Source of the DNA: Ranitomeya imitator
Taxonomy: Eukaryota
Assembly (NCBI RefSeq): GCF_032444005.1
Contig: NC_091290.1
Location: 118,978,001 to 119,042,000, forward strand
Direction: 5' to 3'
DNA length: 64,000 nt
The stretch's first letter is position 1; the number at the start of each line of letters is the position of its first letter. Below are positions 1 to 33,175 of this stretch, in pieces. The position numbers and the translations under genes are program-made. The notes under the pieces are model-generated. The model worked only from the letters and a program-made list of their open reading frames with translations. It ran no database searches and had not been told where the DNA came from.

Positions 1-208
1 AAGACATCGCTGAATCGGTGTCACACACGCCGATTCAGCGATGTCTGCGGGGAGTCCAGCGACCAAATAAAGTTCTGGACTTTCGTCCCCGACCAGCGAC
101 AGCACAGCAGGGGCCTGATCGCTGCTGCCTGTCACACTGGACGATATCGCTAGCGAGGACGCTGCAACGTCACGGATCGCTAGCGATATCGTCTAGTGTG
201 ACGGTACC
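1..208. mobile_element. Right end of a palindromic PIF/Harbinger-type MITE
   Basis: Ends in GTGTGACGGTACC followed by TTA, with internal palindromic segments (gatatcgctagcga...tcgctagcgatatc). The terminus resembles the MITE at 55807-56001. Confidence 0.6.
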
Positions 209-473
209 TTAAGACTCTGCCTACAGTCCCGCCCTGGAGCATATGCATATCATTAACTGAAAACTTCTAACACTGATTCCACAAGAACCACAAGACGTAT
301 TTCTTCACCCCAGGTATCATTTTAACACTGACAATGCTTGTAGTTTACTTTGCAAAATAGTGCTGACAGGTTCGCTTTAACTCCGACAACCCCTTTGATT
401 AAAAAATTTGAAGACTGTGACATTTATACTAATGTGGTATAAACGTGAGGGCACAAGAGATTTTCTATAGTGA

Positions 474-20853
<20,380 letters not shown>

Positions 20854-21248
20854 TCCAGGCCTTCAGGAATCGAGACCACTGTGATCCAGCAGACTAGAAA
20901 ACCAAAGGATTGTGAGCAACAACTATTAATTCTGACAAAAGAGGCTTCATCGGAGGATTGCAGGATTATTTGGGTGGAACCGTTCCCTTGAGCCATGAGA
21001 AGAGGTGGATAGTGTGTAGAGCGAAAGGTGGGATGTAGGCAGATGCTGGGTATTGGATCCTCCTTTTTTGTATTTGTGTTATACAGTAGTTTTCTTACAT
21101 TGTAAGAATGCGGATATTGTGTTATGTCCAGTGCGGGGCGTAAGAGGTGCAGAATATATGGTTTGGGATCTCTGAATCTGTGTCGTGCACCGGCCCCCTC
21201 TGGCCTTGTACTAGGCATAGGCAAAACTGCACTATCGCGATCAGTTAA

Positions 21249-21478
21249 AGGAGTTTTCTGGTATTTTATTTTGTAAGTCAGCCAAGGGGTGGGATGCTGG
21301 AAGTGATGACGTTCTGACCACCTGACCGTGCTACCAATCAGTAGGCTCAGCGGGCAGGTGATCGGTGGTCTTGACGTCATCCCTTCCAGGCAAATTCTGG
21401 AGATAAGCGTGTCTCCATTGTTCGTTTTAGCAGCATCTCCACCACAGCTCACTTACACAGAAAAGATTAGAAACCCCT
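21249..21478. mobile_element. T2-like MITE in the putative BBS2 3' UTR
   Basis: TTAA TSDs at 21245-21248 and 21479-21482; termini AGGAGTTTTCT...AGAAACCCCT. Confidence 0.7.
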
Positions 21479-22383
21479 TTAAGTCATTACATTTCTTGAC
21501 AAGACAATCATTCATCGGGTTTCTACAGAGCGTTAAATCTGTGGATATTATATTTATTTTTTGGAATATTTATAGCCACATTGTGCATTAAAGTTTAGTA
21601 TTTGCAGATAGTTTTTTTTTATTTTTTCATGTTTCCTTCCACTCAGAGCTATAAATCCAAGTGCACTTCACCAAAAGAGTACACCGGTAAAAGTTTTCAC
21701 TCCCCATTTACTAGCACAACACCAAGAGCGTTGGGAGCTGAGCTGAGGTACTTGAGACTATGGAGCTGTGGGGTCCTGCTCTTTAAAATTGTTTACCCAT
21801 GTAGGTTGCAGCTGATGGGTGGGGTACCCAAGCATTGGTCCTCAATACTAACGTCTTGGTCTACCACTCCTGGAGACATCTGCTGTGCACAAATATAGCA
21901 TGGAGATGAGCCCCTTCCGTACATTGTAGGTGGTGGATGTGAACAGCATTTAAGAAGCTAGAAACTGGTGATCCATCATCCCTTTGACCTGATCTACTCA
22001 AGCCTCAACCACCAGGTTTGTGTAATGGTGATGAGTGAACGTGCTAGGATAAGGTGTTATCTGAGCATGCTCTTGCGCTAACCTTCGCGTCTTTTGTGTG
22101 CTCGAAAAATATGTTCGAGTCCACGCGGCTGCATGTCTCGCAGCTGGTCGACAGCCCCAACACATGCAGGGATTTCCTAAAACAAATACTACAAGCAAAA
22201 AATAAATAAAAGTGTGGACAGTATATATTATATACGCACATATACATATATACACGTAATTGCTTTCAGAATTTGGCAACTGAAACATTTATTTTTGGGG
22301 GGGACGTTTCAATAAAACAAAAATGATATGACTTTGGGTTCGCCATAACTGAACTAACCTGTACAACAAAGTTGTCAGGTCGT

Positions 22384-22530
22384 GTTTTTTTTTTTTTTAC
22401 CACAATTGAATGTTGTATAAACAAAATCCACTGTTTTCTGTATTATTTTTGTTGGGGGGGGGGGGGGGGGGGTGGGGGGGGGGAAAGTTTCTTTTTTTTT
22501 TTTTGGGGGGGGGGGGGGGGGGGATTTTTC
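22384..22530. repeat. Low-complexity poly-T/poly-G tract
   Basis: G runs of about 11-18 nt alternating with long T runs. Confidence 0.9.
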
Positions 22531-23087
22531 ACCATTTCACCACACTTGGAATTTTTAGTACATTATATTTTAAAGGAAATGGTATAATTTAAAACAGATT
22601 CACCCCGCAATGTGCAAGCCCTCATCAGACATAGCTATGGCTCTTGTAAGAAAGGAAAAGTGTGGGGGGGAACCGGTCCATTAACATGTCAGTGCTGTAT
22701 TTTGCATGGTAGATGAAGACTGTAAAAAAAAAATGTGAATGAACAGTGAAGGTGCAAATATAATTTTCTGTGTGTTAAAAAAAAAGAAAAGAAAAAGTTT
22801 TTATAGGGGAACTACGAGAACAAAACCATAGGACATGAACAAGTAAAATCGGGGCCTATCCTGTGCCCAGTCCGACTGTGTTACATGGAGGTAAAGGTTC
22901 CCTCTTTTGCTCCTTGCTATTTTAGTATAGGGAGAGAAGAGGTGTAGTGCACGGTCATACTTATCTATGGGGCTAACTCAATTGAGCCGCTTCGATAAAA
23001 AGATCCCTGGTTGTTGCCCTACGCAAACAGCGCCACTTTATACCATGGGTGGTGCCTGGTGTTACAGCTAAGCTGCAGTCACTTTTA

Positions 23088-23400
23088 GGGTATGTGCACA
23101 CGATGTGGATTTTGCTGCGGATCCGCAGCAGTTTCCCATGAGTTGACATTACAATGTAAACCTGTGGGAAACAAAAAATGCTGTGCACATGCTGCGGAAA
23201 AAACCACGCGGAAACGCAGCGGTTTACATTCTGCAGCATGTCACTTCTTTCTGCGGATTCCGCAGCTGCTCCTATAGAAAACCGCAGTTGTAAAACCGCA
23301 GTGAAATCCGCAGCAAAAACCGCAGCGTTTTTGCCCTGCAGATTTATCAAATCCGCTGCGGAAAAATCCGCAGTGGACCATTCTGCGTATGCACATAGCC
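23088..23400. mobile_element. PIF/Harbinger-type palindromic MITE
   Basis: TTA followed by GGGTATGTGCACACG...CGTATGCACATAGCC, with repeated CCGCAG/CTGCGG subrepeats. Confidence 0.7.
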
Positions 23401-23790
23401 TCTATAGGGAATCTGCAATAGTATACACAGCCCGTGGTAAAGATGCTATGTCAGTGTATTCTGCTAATATTTATTTTTCAATACATTAGTTCTTACCAAA
23501 TCATACTCTCAGTGCAAACTGTTGAAAAAAAAAAAAAAAGAAAAACAAATGCACCAGTGATGATCAGTGGGCTACTATAACTTTATAAGGACATGGTTGA
23601 GGTGGAAATACAGAATGTTTAAATCATGTAAAAGGGGTTTCTCACATTGAGTCTTCAGGAGCACAGCACTCCCCTGTCTTGTCGGTGGGCAGTGTGCTCC
23701 TGAAGACTGACAGGTCGTTCCGGGTTACTCCACTGCCCTGAAATGAGTGCTCTCCAAAAGCTGCCAGCAGAAGCGGTTTTGACTCTACAC

Positions 23791-23976
23791 CAGTGTTTCC
23801 CAACTCTGGTCCTCAAGAGCCACCAACAGGTCATATTTTCAGGATTTCCTTAGTATTGCTCAGGTGATAATTACCTTACCTGGAAAGGCAAGAATTCCTT
23901 AACCTGTGCAATACTAAGGAAATCCTGAAAACACAACCTGTTGGTGGCTCTTGAGAACCGGAGTTGGGGAGCACTG
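23791..23976. mobile_element. hAT (Charlie-like) MITE, 186 bp
   Basis: TIR CAGTGTTTCCCAACT / AGTTGGGGAGCACTG, long internal palindrome, 8-bp TSD CTCTACAC / CTCTACAG (7/8). Confidence 0.85.
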
Positions 23977-24424
23977 CTCTACAGCATCAGAGGGAGCTTT
24001 GAAGCTGGGTGAGCGTCAATGGATCCCTTCAATGGATCGTAATGATTGAGATTGTTTCCTCGTGACATATTGTACTTCTTGATAGTGGTCAAATTTGTCC
24101 GATACGACTTGCGTTTGTGAACATATCGGAAATTTAGCAGTTTTCAAAATTTTCATTTTTATGCCCTTAATATAAGAGAGTTATATCGCACAAAATAGTT
24201 AATAAATAACATTTCCCACATGTCTACTTTACATCAGCACAAGTTTTAAACAATATTTTTTGTTTTGTTAGGAAGTTAGAAGGGTTAAAAGGTTATCATA
24301 AATTTCTAATCTTTCAACAAAAACTTACCACATCACAATTGATATGACTTTGAGGAGCCTATATGACAGAAAATACCCAAAAGTGACACCATTAAAAAAA
24401 AAATGCACCCCTCAAAGTGCTTAA

Positions 24425-24800
24425 GGCTACTTTCACACTAGCGTCGTACTCGGCCGTCGCAGTGCGTCGGGCCGACGTACCGACGCTAGCAGTGGATGTG
24501 CCGCACAACGGGGGCAGCGGATGCATTTTTCCAGCGCATCCGCTGCCCCATTGTGAGGTGCGGGGAGGTGGGGGTGGAGTTCCGGCCGCGCATGCGCGGT
24601 CAGAAATGGCGGACCGTCGGCAGCAAAAAACGTTACATGTAACGTTTTTTGCAGCCGACGGTCCGCCACAACCGTCGCAGGACGGTTGCGACGTGTGGCA
24701 ATGCGACGCTAATGCAAGTCAATGGAGAAAAAAACGCATCCTGCAAGCACTTTTGCAGGATGCGTTTTTTCTACAAAACGACGCATAGCGACGTGCAGTG
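24425..24800. mobile_element. Truncated Harbinger-type MITE nested in an older DNA-transposon-like repeat (about 24080-25140)
   Basis: TAA followed by GGCTACTTTCACACTAGCGT, the same terminus as 34107-34478. The right TIR is absent. Confidence 0.7.
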
Positions 24801-25429
24801 TACCATTTTCAAGAAGTTTATTAACCCTTCAGGTGCTTCACAGAAATTAATGCAACGTGGAAGGAAAAAAAAGTAAGATTTTACTTTTTTCACAAAAATG
24901 TTAATTTAGCCCCCCCAATTGTATTTTTACTAGGGTAACAGAAGAAAATGAACACAAACGTGTTGTGCAATTTCTCCTGAGTACGTCAATACCTCAAATG
25001 TGGGTGGAAATCTACTGTTTGGGCGCATGGCAGAGCGGACGCCATGTTGCGTTTGGAGAGCCCCTGTTGTGACTAAACAGTGGAAACCCCCCCACAAGTG
25101 ACCCCATTTTGGAAACTAGTCCCCCCCCTAAGGAATTTATCTTTCTAGAGGCATAGTTATAGTAATAATAATGCTTTACTATGATTTTACTGGTGTATGA
25201 ATTTATAATGTGGTGGTATGTGTAATTTGTGCGGAGTACATCAGATTACAAAAAAGTGTGTTGTGACAGAGTAAAACCAAATTTTATTAATCTATGGACG
25301 TGTGGTACGCTTTGAAGCAGTCCTTAATGCAAAGGCCAGGTTTCACAATGGTAAATTGTGTCTTTTCGGATTCCTCTCTAGGAGCGTTCTCTGCATCTTT
25401 TTTGTGATCCATCAGTCCCTAAATGTGAC

Positions 25430-26040
25430 CCCCCCCACAGCCCTCCATACAGTATAATGGCCCCACACCACTCCACACTGTATAAAGTCTCCCACTAGCT
25501 GTCCAAACAGTCCAATAGCCCTCTACACAGTATTATGGGCCCCACACAATCCTCTACTGTATAATTGCTTGCATAAATTATAGCGGCCCCCAAATAGCCA
25601 TCCAAAAAGTATAAAGGTTCCCTCATAGCCCTCCAAATGTTATAATGGCCCCTACATTGCCTTCTATATAGTATAATGCATCCCCCATAATCCTCCATAT
25701 AATATAATGCACTCCCATATTCCTCCATATAGTACAATGAAACCCATAGTACTCCATATAGTGCACGTCCCACTCCTCCATACAGTATAATGTGCCCCAT
25801 AGTCCTCCATACAGTATAATGTGCCCCATAGTCCTCCATACAGAATAATGCACTCATAATCCTCTATATAATGCACCTCCATTTATAAAGCACTTCCCAT
25901 AGTCCTCCATATAATATAATGTACTCTATAGTCCTCCATATAGTATAATGTATCTCCATGTTAGTATAATGCACAGATGAAATCCTTTATATAACATAGA
26001 GCCCATAGTCCTCCATATAGTATAAAACTCATGCAATAGG
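25430..26040. repeat. Degenerate minisatellite of about 30 bp
   Basis: Recurring CCCCATAGTCCTCCATA(C/T)AGTATAATG variants. Confidence 0.85.
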
Positions 26041-27143
26041 CCTCTCATCATTGCTAGCGGGGGGCTCCTGTGGGGCCTGCATTGTAGGTAATTGCACTTC
26101 TGGCAGAGGGTCATCTGTTGACCTGTAGCTTTTTTTTTTTTTTTTGCAGTTAAGTAAAGCAAAATGTGGAATTGGAGGAGGTACCCGACGCTAGCAAGAA
26201 ACCCCGATGTTAGGCATATAAATATAAGGTTTCCGGGTGTGGGGTTGCTGAGGGGAGGTTCCTATGCCTATAGTAACAGAGCCTAGCTGTTCCTGGAGAG
26301 GTAATGGTCCTAACAAAAATTAAGGAAAAAAAATAAAAAGACCCCCTAGAGGAGAAAACAGGAACCATAGTGCTGGAGACTGATACCTGATGGATGTAGA
26401 ACAGAGAGCTGTAGAAGGAGAAGGATGGCGCCATAAGAGAGAGGAGCAGAGGACACAAACCTGCAGCTGTAATGGGCCAGGAAGAAGAGCAAGCGGTAAG
26501 ACCATTGCTATGGGTAGCCTTCTATGTAGATGAGGCGCTCTGCTTCTAGCGCCTCCTCCCACCCACATAGGCGATGTTACCCTACTTTCTACAGCTACAC
26601 CTCTCTTAGTAACGGGATACTCTGCCTCCACCAAATACCGATTTTTACCCAAGAATTTTGATAATTATTGATCAATTGTGGCAGAGAAAGAAGCAAATCT
26701 CTCTGATAAGATATATTACAAAGTTGCTTATTTTCACGTGCACTATTGATTTAGGACATAAGCATAATCATCAGTTTAATGTTAACTTTTTTTTTCTGCC
26801 CAGTGTCAGCCTCATAATGGCGACAATGTGTGAAAAACGCAGCACGGCACTCATCAAATCGGCATTGTGTGACCATTCCTATTTCAGGGTTATCCAGCGC
26901 CCCTCTTTGAGGCGATACCAATATGGCATCTAGTAGCCACTTGCCAGGTATTATGCACTCTCCCGATTCTAGTTGTGGGCACAGTACCGAGGTGGGGGGC
27001 ATGTGAGCTGGCGGATGCCAAGTCAGTAGTATCTCACCTTCTCCTGTGACAGAAACCTGATGACCAGCGATAAATGCCAAAAGTGAGGAAACTTTAGAAA
27101 TCCTGTTAATTTGAATGCACGGTATTGCAGGAATTGTGAAAAC

Positions 27144-30100
27144 AGGATTTTTGGTTGCTTACCGTAAAATCTGTTTCTCGGAGCCTTCATTGGGGGACAC
27201 AGGAACCATGGGTGTATGCTGCTGCCACTAGGAGGCTGACACTATGCAAATAAAAAGTTAGCTCCTCCTCTGCAGTGTACACCCCACCGACAGGAAGTAG
27301 GATCTTCAGTTAGTGAGAAAGCAGTAGGAGAAGAAACGTGTAAAAGAGAAGGATAATATAATAATAATAAACTTTATATAGCGCCAACAAAATCCATGGC
27401 GCTTCACAGATTAACAGCTTCAAACACTCAGGGTGTTCAAAGAACTCAAACGTAGACAGTAAACAGAGCTGTTCAACTTGGGAGGGTGCTGTGTCCCCCA
27501 ATGAAGGCTCTGAGAAACAGATTTTACGGTAAGCAACCAAAAATCCTGTTTTCTCTATCGCCTTTCATTGGGGGACACAGGAACCATGGGACGTCCCAAA
27601 GCAGTCCCTGGGGTGGGAAAAAACAGACTTCCATCAGGCCAGAGGACTCACCACTGCCGCCTGCAGGATCCTTCTGCCCAGGCTGGAGTCCGCCGTAGTT
27701 CGGCGAAACGTGTGGATGGAAGACCAGGTTGCCGCTTTGCAAAGCCGTCGGCGAAAGCCCTGTGACGTACCGCACTGGAAGCGCCGACTGCCCGGGTAGA
27801 GTGAGCCTTCATCTCAGGAGGGGGCCCCCTGTGCTTGACCCGGTAAGCTTCCAAAATTGCCATTCTGATCGAGCGAGCAATCGTCGCCTTGGAAGCCGGC
27901 AGGCCTCTACGCACGCCATCAGGGATGGCGAAAAGAGAATCCATCTTTCGGAAAGCGGCCGTGCTAGCCAGGGAGATCCTCACTGCCCTGACGAGGTCCA
28001 GCCTGTTCAACGATCGCTCCAGAGGATGAGTCGGAGCTGGACAAAAGGAAGGTAGAACGAAGTCCTCGTTGAGGTGGAAAGATAAAAACCACCTCGAGAA
28101 AGGAAGGAAGGCGGAGGCCTGGGACCACCTTATCCTGGTGGAAAAATCAAGAAAGGAGGACGGCAGGAAATGGCCGTCACCTCAAAAACGCGGCGGATCG
28201 AAGAGATGGACCTGAGAAAAACCACCTTCCGAGATAGAACTGACAGGGAAAACTCCCTGAGAGGCTCAAAGGGGAGAACCCCTAAGAACAACCAACACAA
28301 CCTTTAAATCCCATGAATCCACAGAGGCCCTGAACGGAGGGACAGCGTGGACTACTCCTTGAAGGAAAGTCTTAACCTGTGGCTGAGGAGATAAGTCTTC
28401 TTAAAGGGAAGAGCGCAGGAGCCTGGCCCTTTTGAGAACTGAGAGCGAAGCCCGAATCCAGTCCTGCCTGAAGGAAAACCAAATGGAAGGCAGGGAAAAG
28501 GGACATAGGTGAAAAGCGGTTGGACTCGCATCAGCAAAGTAAGCCTTCCAGGTACAATAGTAGATCCTGGAAGAAGACGAAGGCTTCCTAGCCTGGATTA
28601 TAGTGTGACTCATCCGGGCCGAAAGGCCGTACACTCTTAAAAACAGTGGAGTCCACATCCACGCCGTTAAACTGAGCGACCGATAATTCGGGTGGCAGAT
28701 CGGACCCCGAGACAGCAGACCGGGGTCCGTTTGGAAGGCACCAGGGGTGTCCGCGAGAAGATAGACGATGTCTGCAAACCAAGACCTCCAGGGTCAATCC
28801 GGGACGATCAGAATGACCGGCACCCATCCCGCCTTGATCTTTTTCGACAGTTTGGAAAGCAAGGGAAGGGGTGGGAACCGATAGGGGAGCAGGAACTGCG
28901 ACCAAGGAATGGCCAAAATGTCAACACCACTGTGAGAGGATCACGGGACCCTGGGCCAACCCGAGGGACCTCCTGTTCAATCGGGACGCCATGAGGTCCA
29001 CCTCTGGAGTCCCCCATCGAAGAGCAATCCGACGGGAAACCTCCTGAAGTACCATTCCCCTGCCGCGAGGCCCTCGAAGCCGAGGAAGTCGGCGGCCTAA
29101 ATGTCCACGCCGGGGACATGCACTGCGGAGCTCACCAGGACCGTTGCCTCTGTCCAAAGGAGGATCCTGGAATCTCGGCCGAGGCCAGAGAACGCCGAGT
29201 ACACCCCTGGTGGTAGTGCCTGGTGGTACTGCTGTGTCATTGTCTGTCTGGGTTCGAATTGGCAGGCTGCTGAGAATACTTACCCAGTGAAGGCAAGACG
29301 GAAAGATGATCCGGAACTCGAGAACATTGATCGGCAAAGAGGACTCCTGCACCGACCAACAACCCTGAAAGAACAGGAGACAAAGCCCCGCGCCTCCGCC
29401 GAGCGGGCTGGCGCCCGTCGTCACCACCTGCCAGGGAACTGGAAGGAAGGATATGCTGAGAAGGATCTACTCTGGGATAAGAGAAGTGACCTCGGCCACC
29501 AGTCGAGGAACCATTTGACCCGGGAGAAAACCGGATCGGACGATGCAGGGAGAAGACAGACCTGTCCCCTGTGATAGAATAGCCTGCTGAAGAAGTCTTG
29601 AATGAAACGGGCGAAGGGAAAATTGCTTCCGATGTTGCAACCAACCTCCTTAGGGCCTTTAAGGCCCATCGGAAAGGAGGGGAGCCGAGAACCCTGGAGC
29701 AAGTGAACTTCCTGACAAAGGAGGGATATCTTGTCTTCGGGAAGGAAGACTCTGGTCCGACAAGTGTCGAAGAACATGCCCGGAGATACGAGGCGCTGAA
29801 CAAGACGGAACTTCTTCCTGTTGACGAGCCACCCGCAACAGTTAGAATGTCGGGAAAGATGGATAGACTTTCGGGTGCCTGAAACCGAAATTCCTGAGCC
29901 TCCATGGAAGCGATTACTGAACGAGGGGATATCGTCCTGAAGTGTCTCCGACGAAACTTCTTGTTCAGCAAATTGAGATCCGGACTGGGACGACCCTTGT
30001 CGTTCTGTCAGTACAAAAGGATTCGAAGAGAAGCCTGTGAACCGTTCCTGTTCTGGGACGGGAACGATTACTCCGGATTTAAGGAGGGAAACAATGGCAG

Positions 30101-33100
30101 TAAAGAAAACCCGGGACTAGAGCGGGGTCTCTCGTAGGTTGGGATTTGAAGAAAACGATCCCAGGACCGTGAAAAGAAGATTTTGTGTCTAGAGGGAACA
30201 GGTGCCCTGGCCCATGCGACCTCTGCTGAGGAGACCCAGACGTCCCTGAGGAACAGGAGACGGTTGCCTAGTCTGAGAAACGGGCTGGGGTCTAGTCGTG
30301 GGTCATGCCTAGGTGGAACTTCCAGTCCTGGACCTGGAGAATCCACCTTAGGAGTAGCGGGCACGCCAGGGAAGAGTGAGCCGAAGAAAACCTTCTTCTC
30401 TTAACATGCCTGTGGCCTCTGCAGTTGCGAAGAAGAATCTGATGCCGCAAACTACGAGAAAGGTCGAAAAGACCAAAGTAGCCGCCTAAGGGGAAGTAGG
30501 TGAGGTCTGGAGAAGGGGACTGGTGCCCCCAGTGGCGTCCTTAATAATTTGGTCCAGCTTGGAACCGAAAGGACGTGAACCTTGAAAAGGCAGGCTAGTG
30601 AGGGACTTCTTCGATGACTCGAGTCAAACAGTGCGACAGCTGGCAACGACATTACTGGGCGCCCGTGCGGCAGAAGACGCGACGTCCCGGGAACAAATTA
30701 TTCCCCGGCATGAGTAATCTGGGTGGCAAGTTCCGCCAGCCGGCCTGACGGAGCTCCAGCTTGAATGCCCCAACGGAGTTGTTTAGCCCCTCAGATACAG
30801 ACTTCGAAACCCATGAGGAAGCCAAAGCCGGGCATTGGGATGATGCGGCAGTTTCGAAGGCCGACTTCACGAAGGATTCCATGATCCTATCGATGGAATC
30901 TTTCAGAGCCGCCCACCGGACAGCGTAAGGACTGTGTTGGCGGCAAGTCTAGCGGCCGACGGATCCACAGGGGGAGAGGTCGTTCTCTAACGCCTCTCAT
31001 TCCGGTTGGCAATGAGATCCGGAGGAAAGAGATATGAGCGTCTTGCTTGTCTCTTTGAGAACGTCTGGTCGAATTCGCTCTCTCTGGCCAGAAGCTCCTC
31101 GAATTCAGGATGAGGAGCAAATACCTTGGGAGGTAGTTTAGACCGTCTAAACGAAACCGCCTGATCTGCGGGTTTCGTAGAGGAATCTTCGATGCCACAG
31201 GTCTGATTGGTCGCTCCAATGAGGCTTTGAACCATATCCCTCATGTTAGCGACTTGGTTCGAATCCGGCCCCAAATTATCCTCCGAAGGCGCATCAGAGA
31301 AGCCTCGCCTGACTCAGCGGATGAGGATCGGGAGGACGCCGACCGCAGAGGAGGACCGAGTGGCGAGATGGAGCGAGAAGAGGACTCAGACCGGCGTTCC
31401 TGTCTGGACCTTTTGCAGCTAGCCTTGGAAGGCTTGGACGGAGCTTCCTGCGACCCGGTGGCTACTGCGGGGGTCTGCAGGGGTAACCGATCCAGCACGG
31501 AAACCAGGGTTTGAGACACCCCTGTTAAATTGGCCACCGATTGAGACAGAGAGGAGGCCCAGCCTGGGATGGGTATCACTCTGGGGCGGATCGGCTGGGG
31601 GATCCTGGGCGGTGGGAACAATCGGGTTGCTGCAGGACAGACATAGCGGAGTGTCAGTCTGCGGTGCAGAGCTACTTACGGCAGACGAAATCCGGAGGAA
31701 GCTGTCCGGCTAGATGGTATGGACCTCCGGCGAGAAATAGACCCTTAGGCAGGAGGGTGGTAAGGCCTGCTGCCGTAATCTTGATCGATCTGCGTTGCTT
31801 AAAATTAACTTTCATTGCTGGGGTTCGAACTCACAGCTCTCTGTTTGCAAGCCTGCACACCTTACCACTGTACTATCTCACTCTCTTGTTCCGGAGGAGG
31901 GGACTCGTGGTTCAGGAGTCCCAAGATGGCGCCGGTGGGAGGAGAAAAGGCGGTTCTCAGTGAAATTGTCGGGCGGGAGAAAAGCCCGCCCGACGAACAA
32001 GGAAGGGGGGCGGAGTCCGGCACCGGAAGTAGGCCCAGGCAGAAGCCGGGGCCTAAATTAGCGATCGGTGACCGGCATGGAAGGGCCGCAGCGGAGAACC
32101 GTGCGCTGCAGAAGGCGATGGTGAGCGGCCGCCTACAGCGGCGGGAGCAGCGCAGCCGCAGGTCCCAAGCGGTGTGGCGGTCTGGCAAGCCGCCGCGCTG
32201 AGGGAGGATGAGCGGCACTGTAAGCGGCCAGAGGGACGCAGCTGCAGGGGGCCCGAAGCGATGCGGCGGCCGGCAAAGCCGCCGCGCTGAATAGAAATGA
32301 ACGGCCGCATACAGCGGCCGGAGCAGGGAAGCCAGAGAGGGCCGAAGCGATGTGGCGGCTGGCAAAGCCACCACGCAGAAAAGAAATGAACGGCCGGAGC
32401 AGGGGAGCTACTGAGGGCCGAAGCCACCGCGCTGAAGCTGGGGCTGGGAAGCCTGCAGGACTCGAGGTGGAAATGTCCCCCCCCGAGCAAGGCCACGCAG
32501 ATAGCGTGCCTGGACAAGAAGCGGCGCGGTGGTCCGTAAAGGCAGCCGCGCCGGAACAGGGAGGCCGCATCCACGGAAGTGGCGTGGCTGAAAAGAGATG
32601 CGATTCGCATCAGAAAACCCCCCTAAATAGGATTTTTTTTTTTTCTGGGATCCAGGGAAGCCACAGGGTGGGGCGGGAAAATACTCACCTAAAGATCCCC
32701 CGCCGGTACTAACCTGGAAGGAATGAGACGTCCACGGAGCTGATGGACGTCCTCGTCTCCTCCGACCGACAGGCTCTGGTGGGCGAGTGGGTGGGGGACG
32801 GAGCCAGTACCGGACTTCTGAGCACGCTTGTGTGCTAGGATCTTGGTCCTGGAGAGGAATCTATGAGGATACGGGGTGACAGTACACGCCGTACTCATAG
32901 TCCGCATAGTGGGACTACAGGTGTGACTGTTCACCCTGTATCCCTCCGGAAAAACCTGAAGGGAAACGACGCACATTGAGGTAGATAAGGGTCTAATGAA
33001 AGACCCGTGTCCACCTCCTACTGACACTAAGCTAAACTGAAGATCCTACTTCCTGTCGGTAGGGTGTACACTGCAGAGGAGGAGCTAACTTTTTATTTGC

Positions 33101-33175
33101 ATAGTGTCAGCCTCCTAGTGGCAGCAGCATACACCCATGGTTCCTGTGTCCCCCAATGAAAGGCGATAGAGAAAC
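27144..33175 (-). mobile_element. DIRS1-like retrotransposon (DIRS-A), 6032 bp, both ITRs and ICR present, ORFs disrupted
   Basis: 5' ITR about 33030-33175 is inverted relative to 3' ITR about 27144-27312. The ICR at about 27480-27590 joins the complements of both termini. YR ...MKAHSTRAVGAS (27648-28010), MT PEVDLMASRLNRR and FPP motifs, RT/RH remnants (29237-29971, 29421-29777), gag remnants 30450-31900. Multiple frameshifts. Confidence 0.95.

Noticed and set aside
27222-27236. CTCF-like CCACTAGGAGGC in the DIRS ITRs
   Set aside because: Mismatch at a strongly constrained core position; motif-only evidence is too weak.
29101-32712. GC-rich + strand ORFs within DIRS-A
   Set aside because: Antisense shadows of GC-rich retroelement sequence; no homology recognised.
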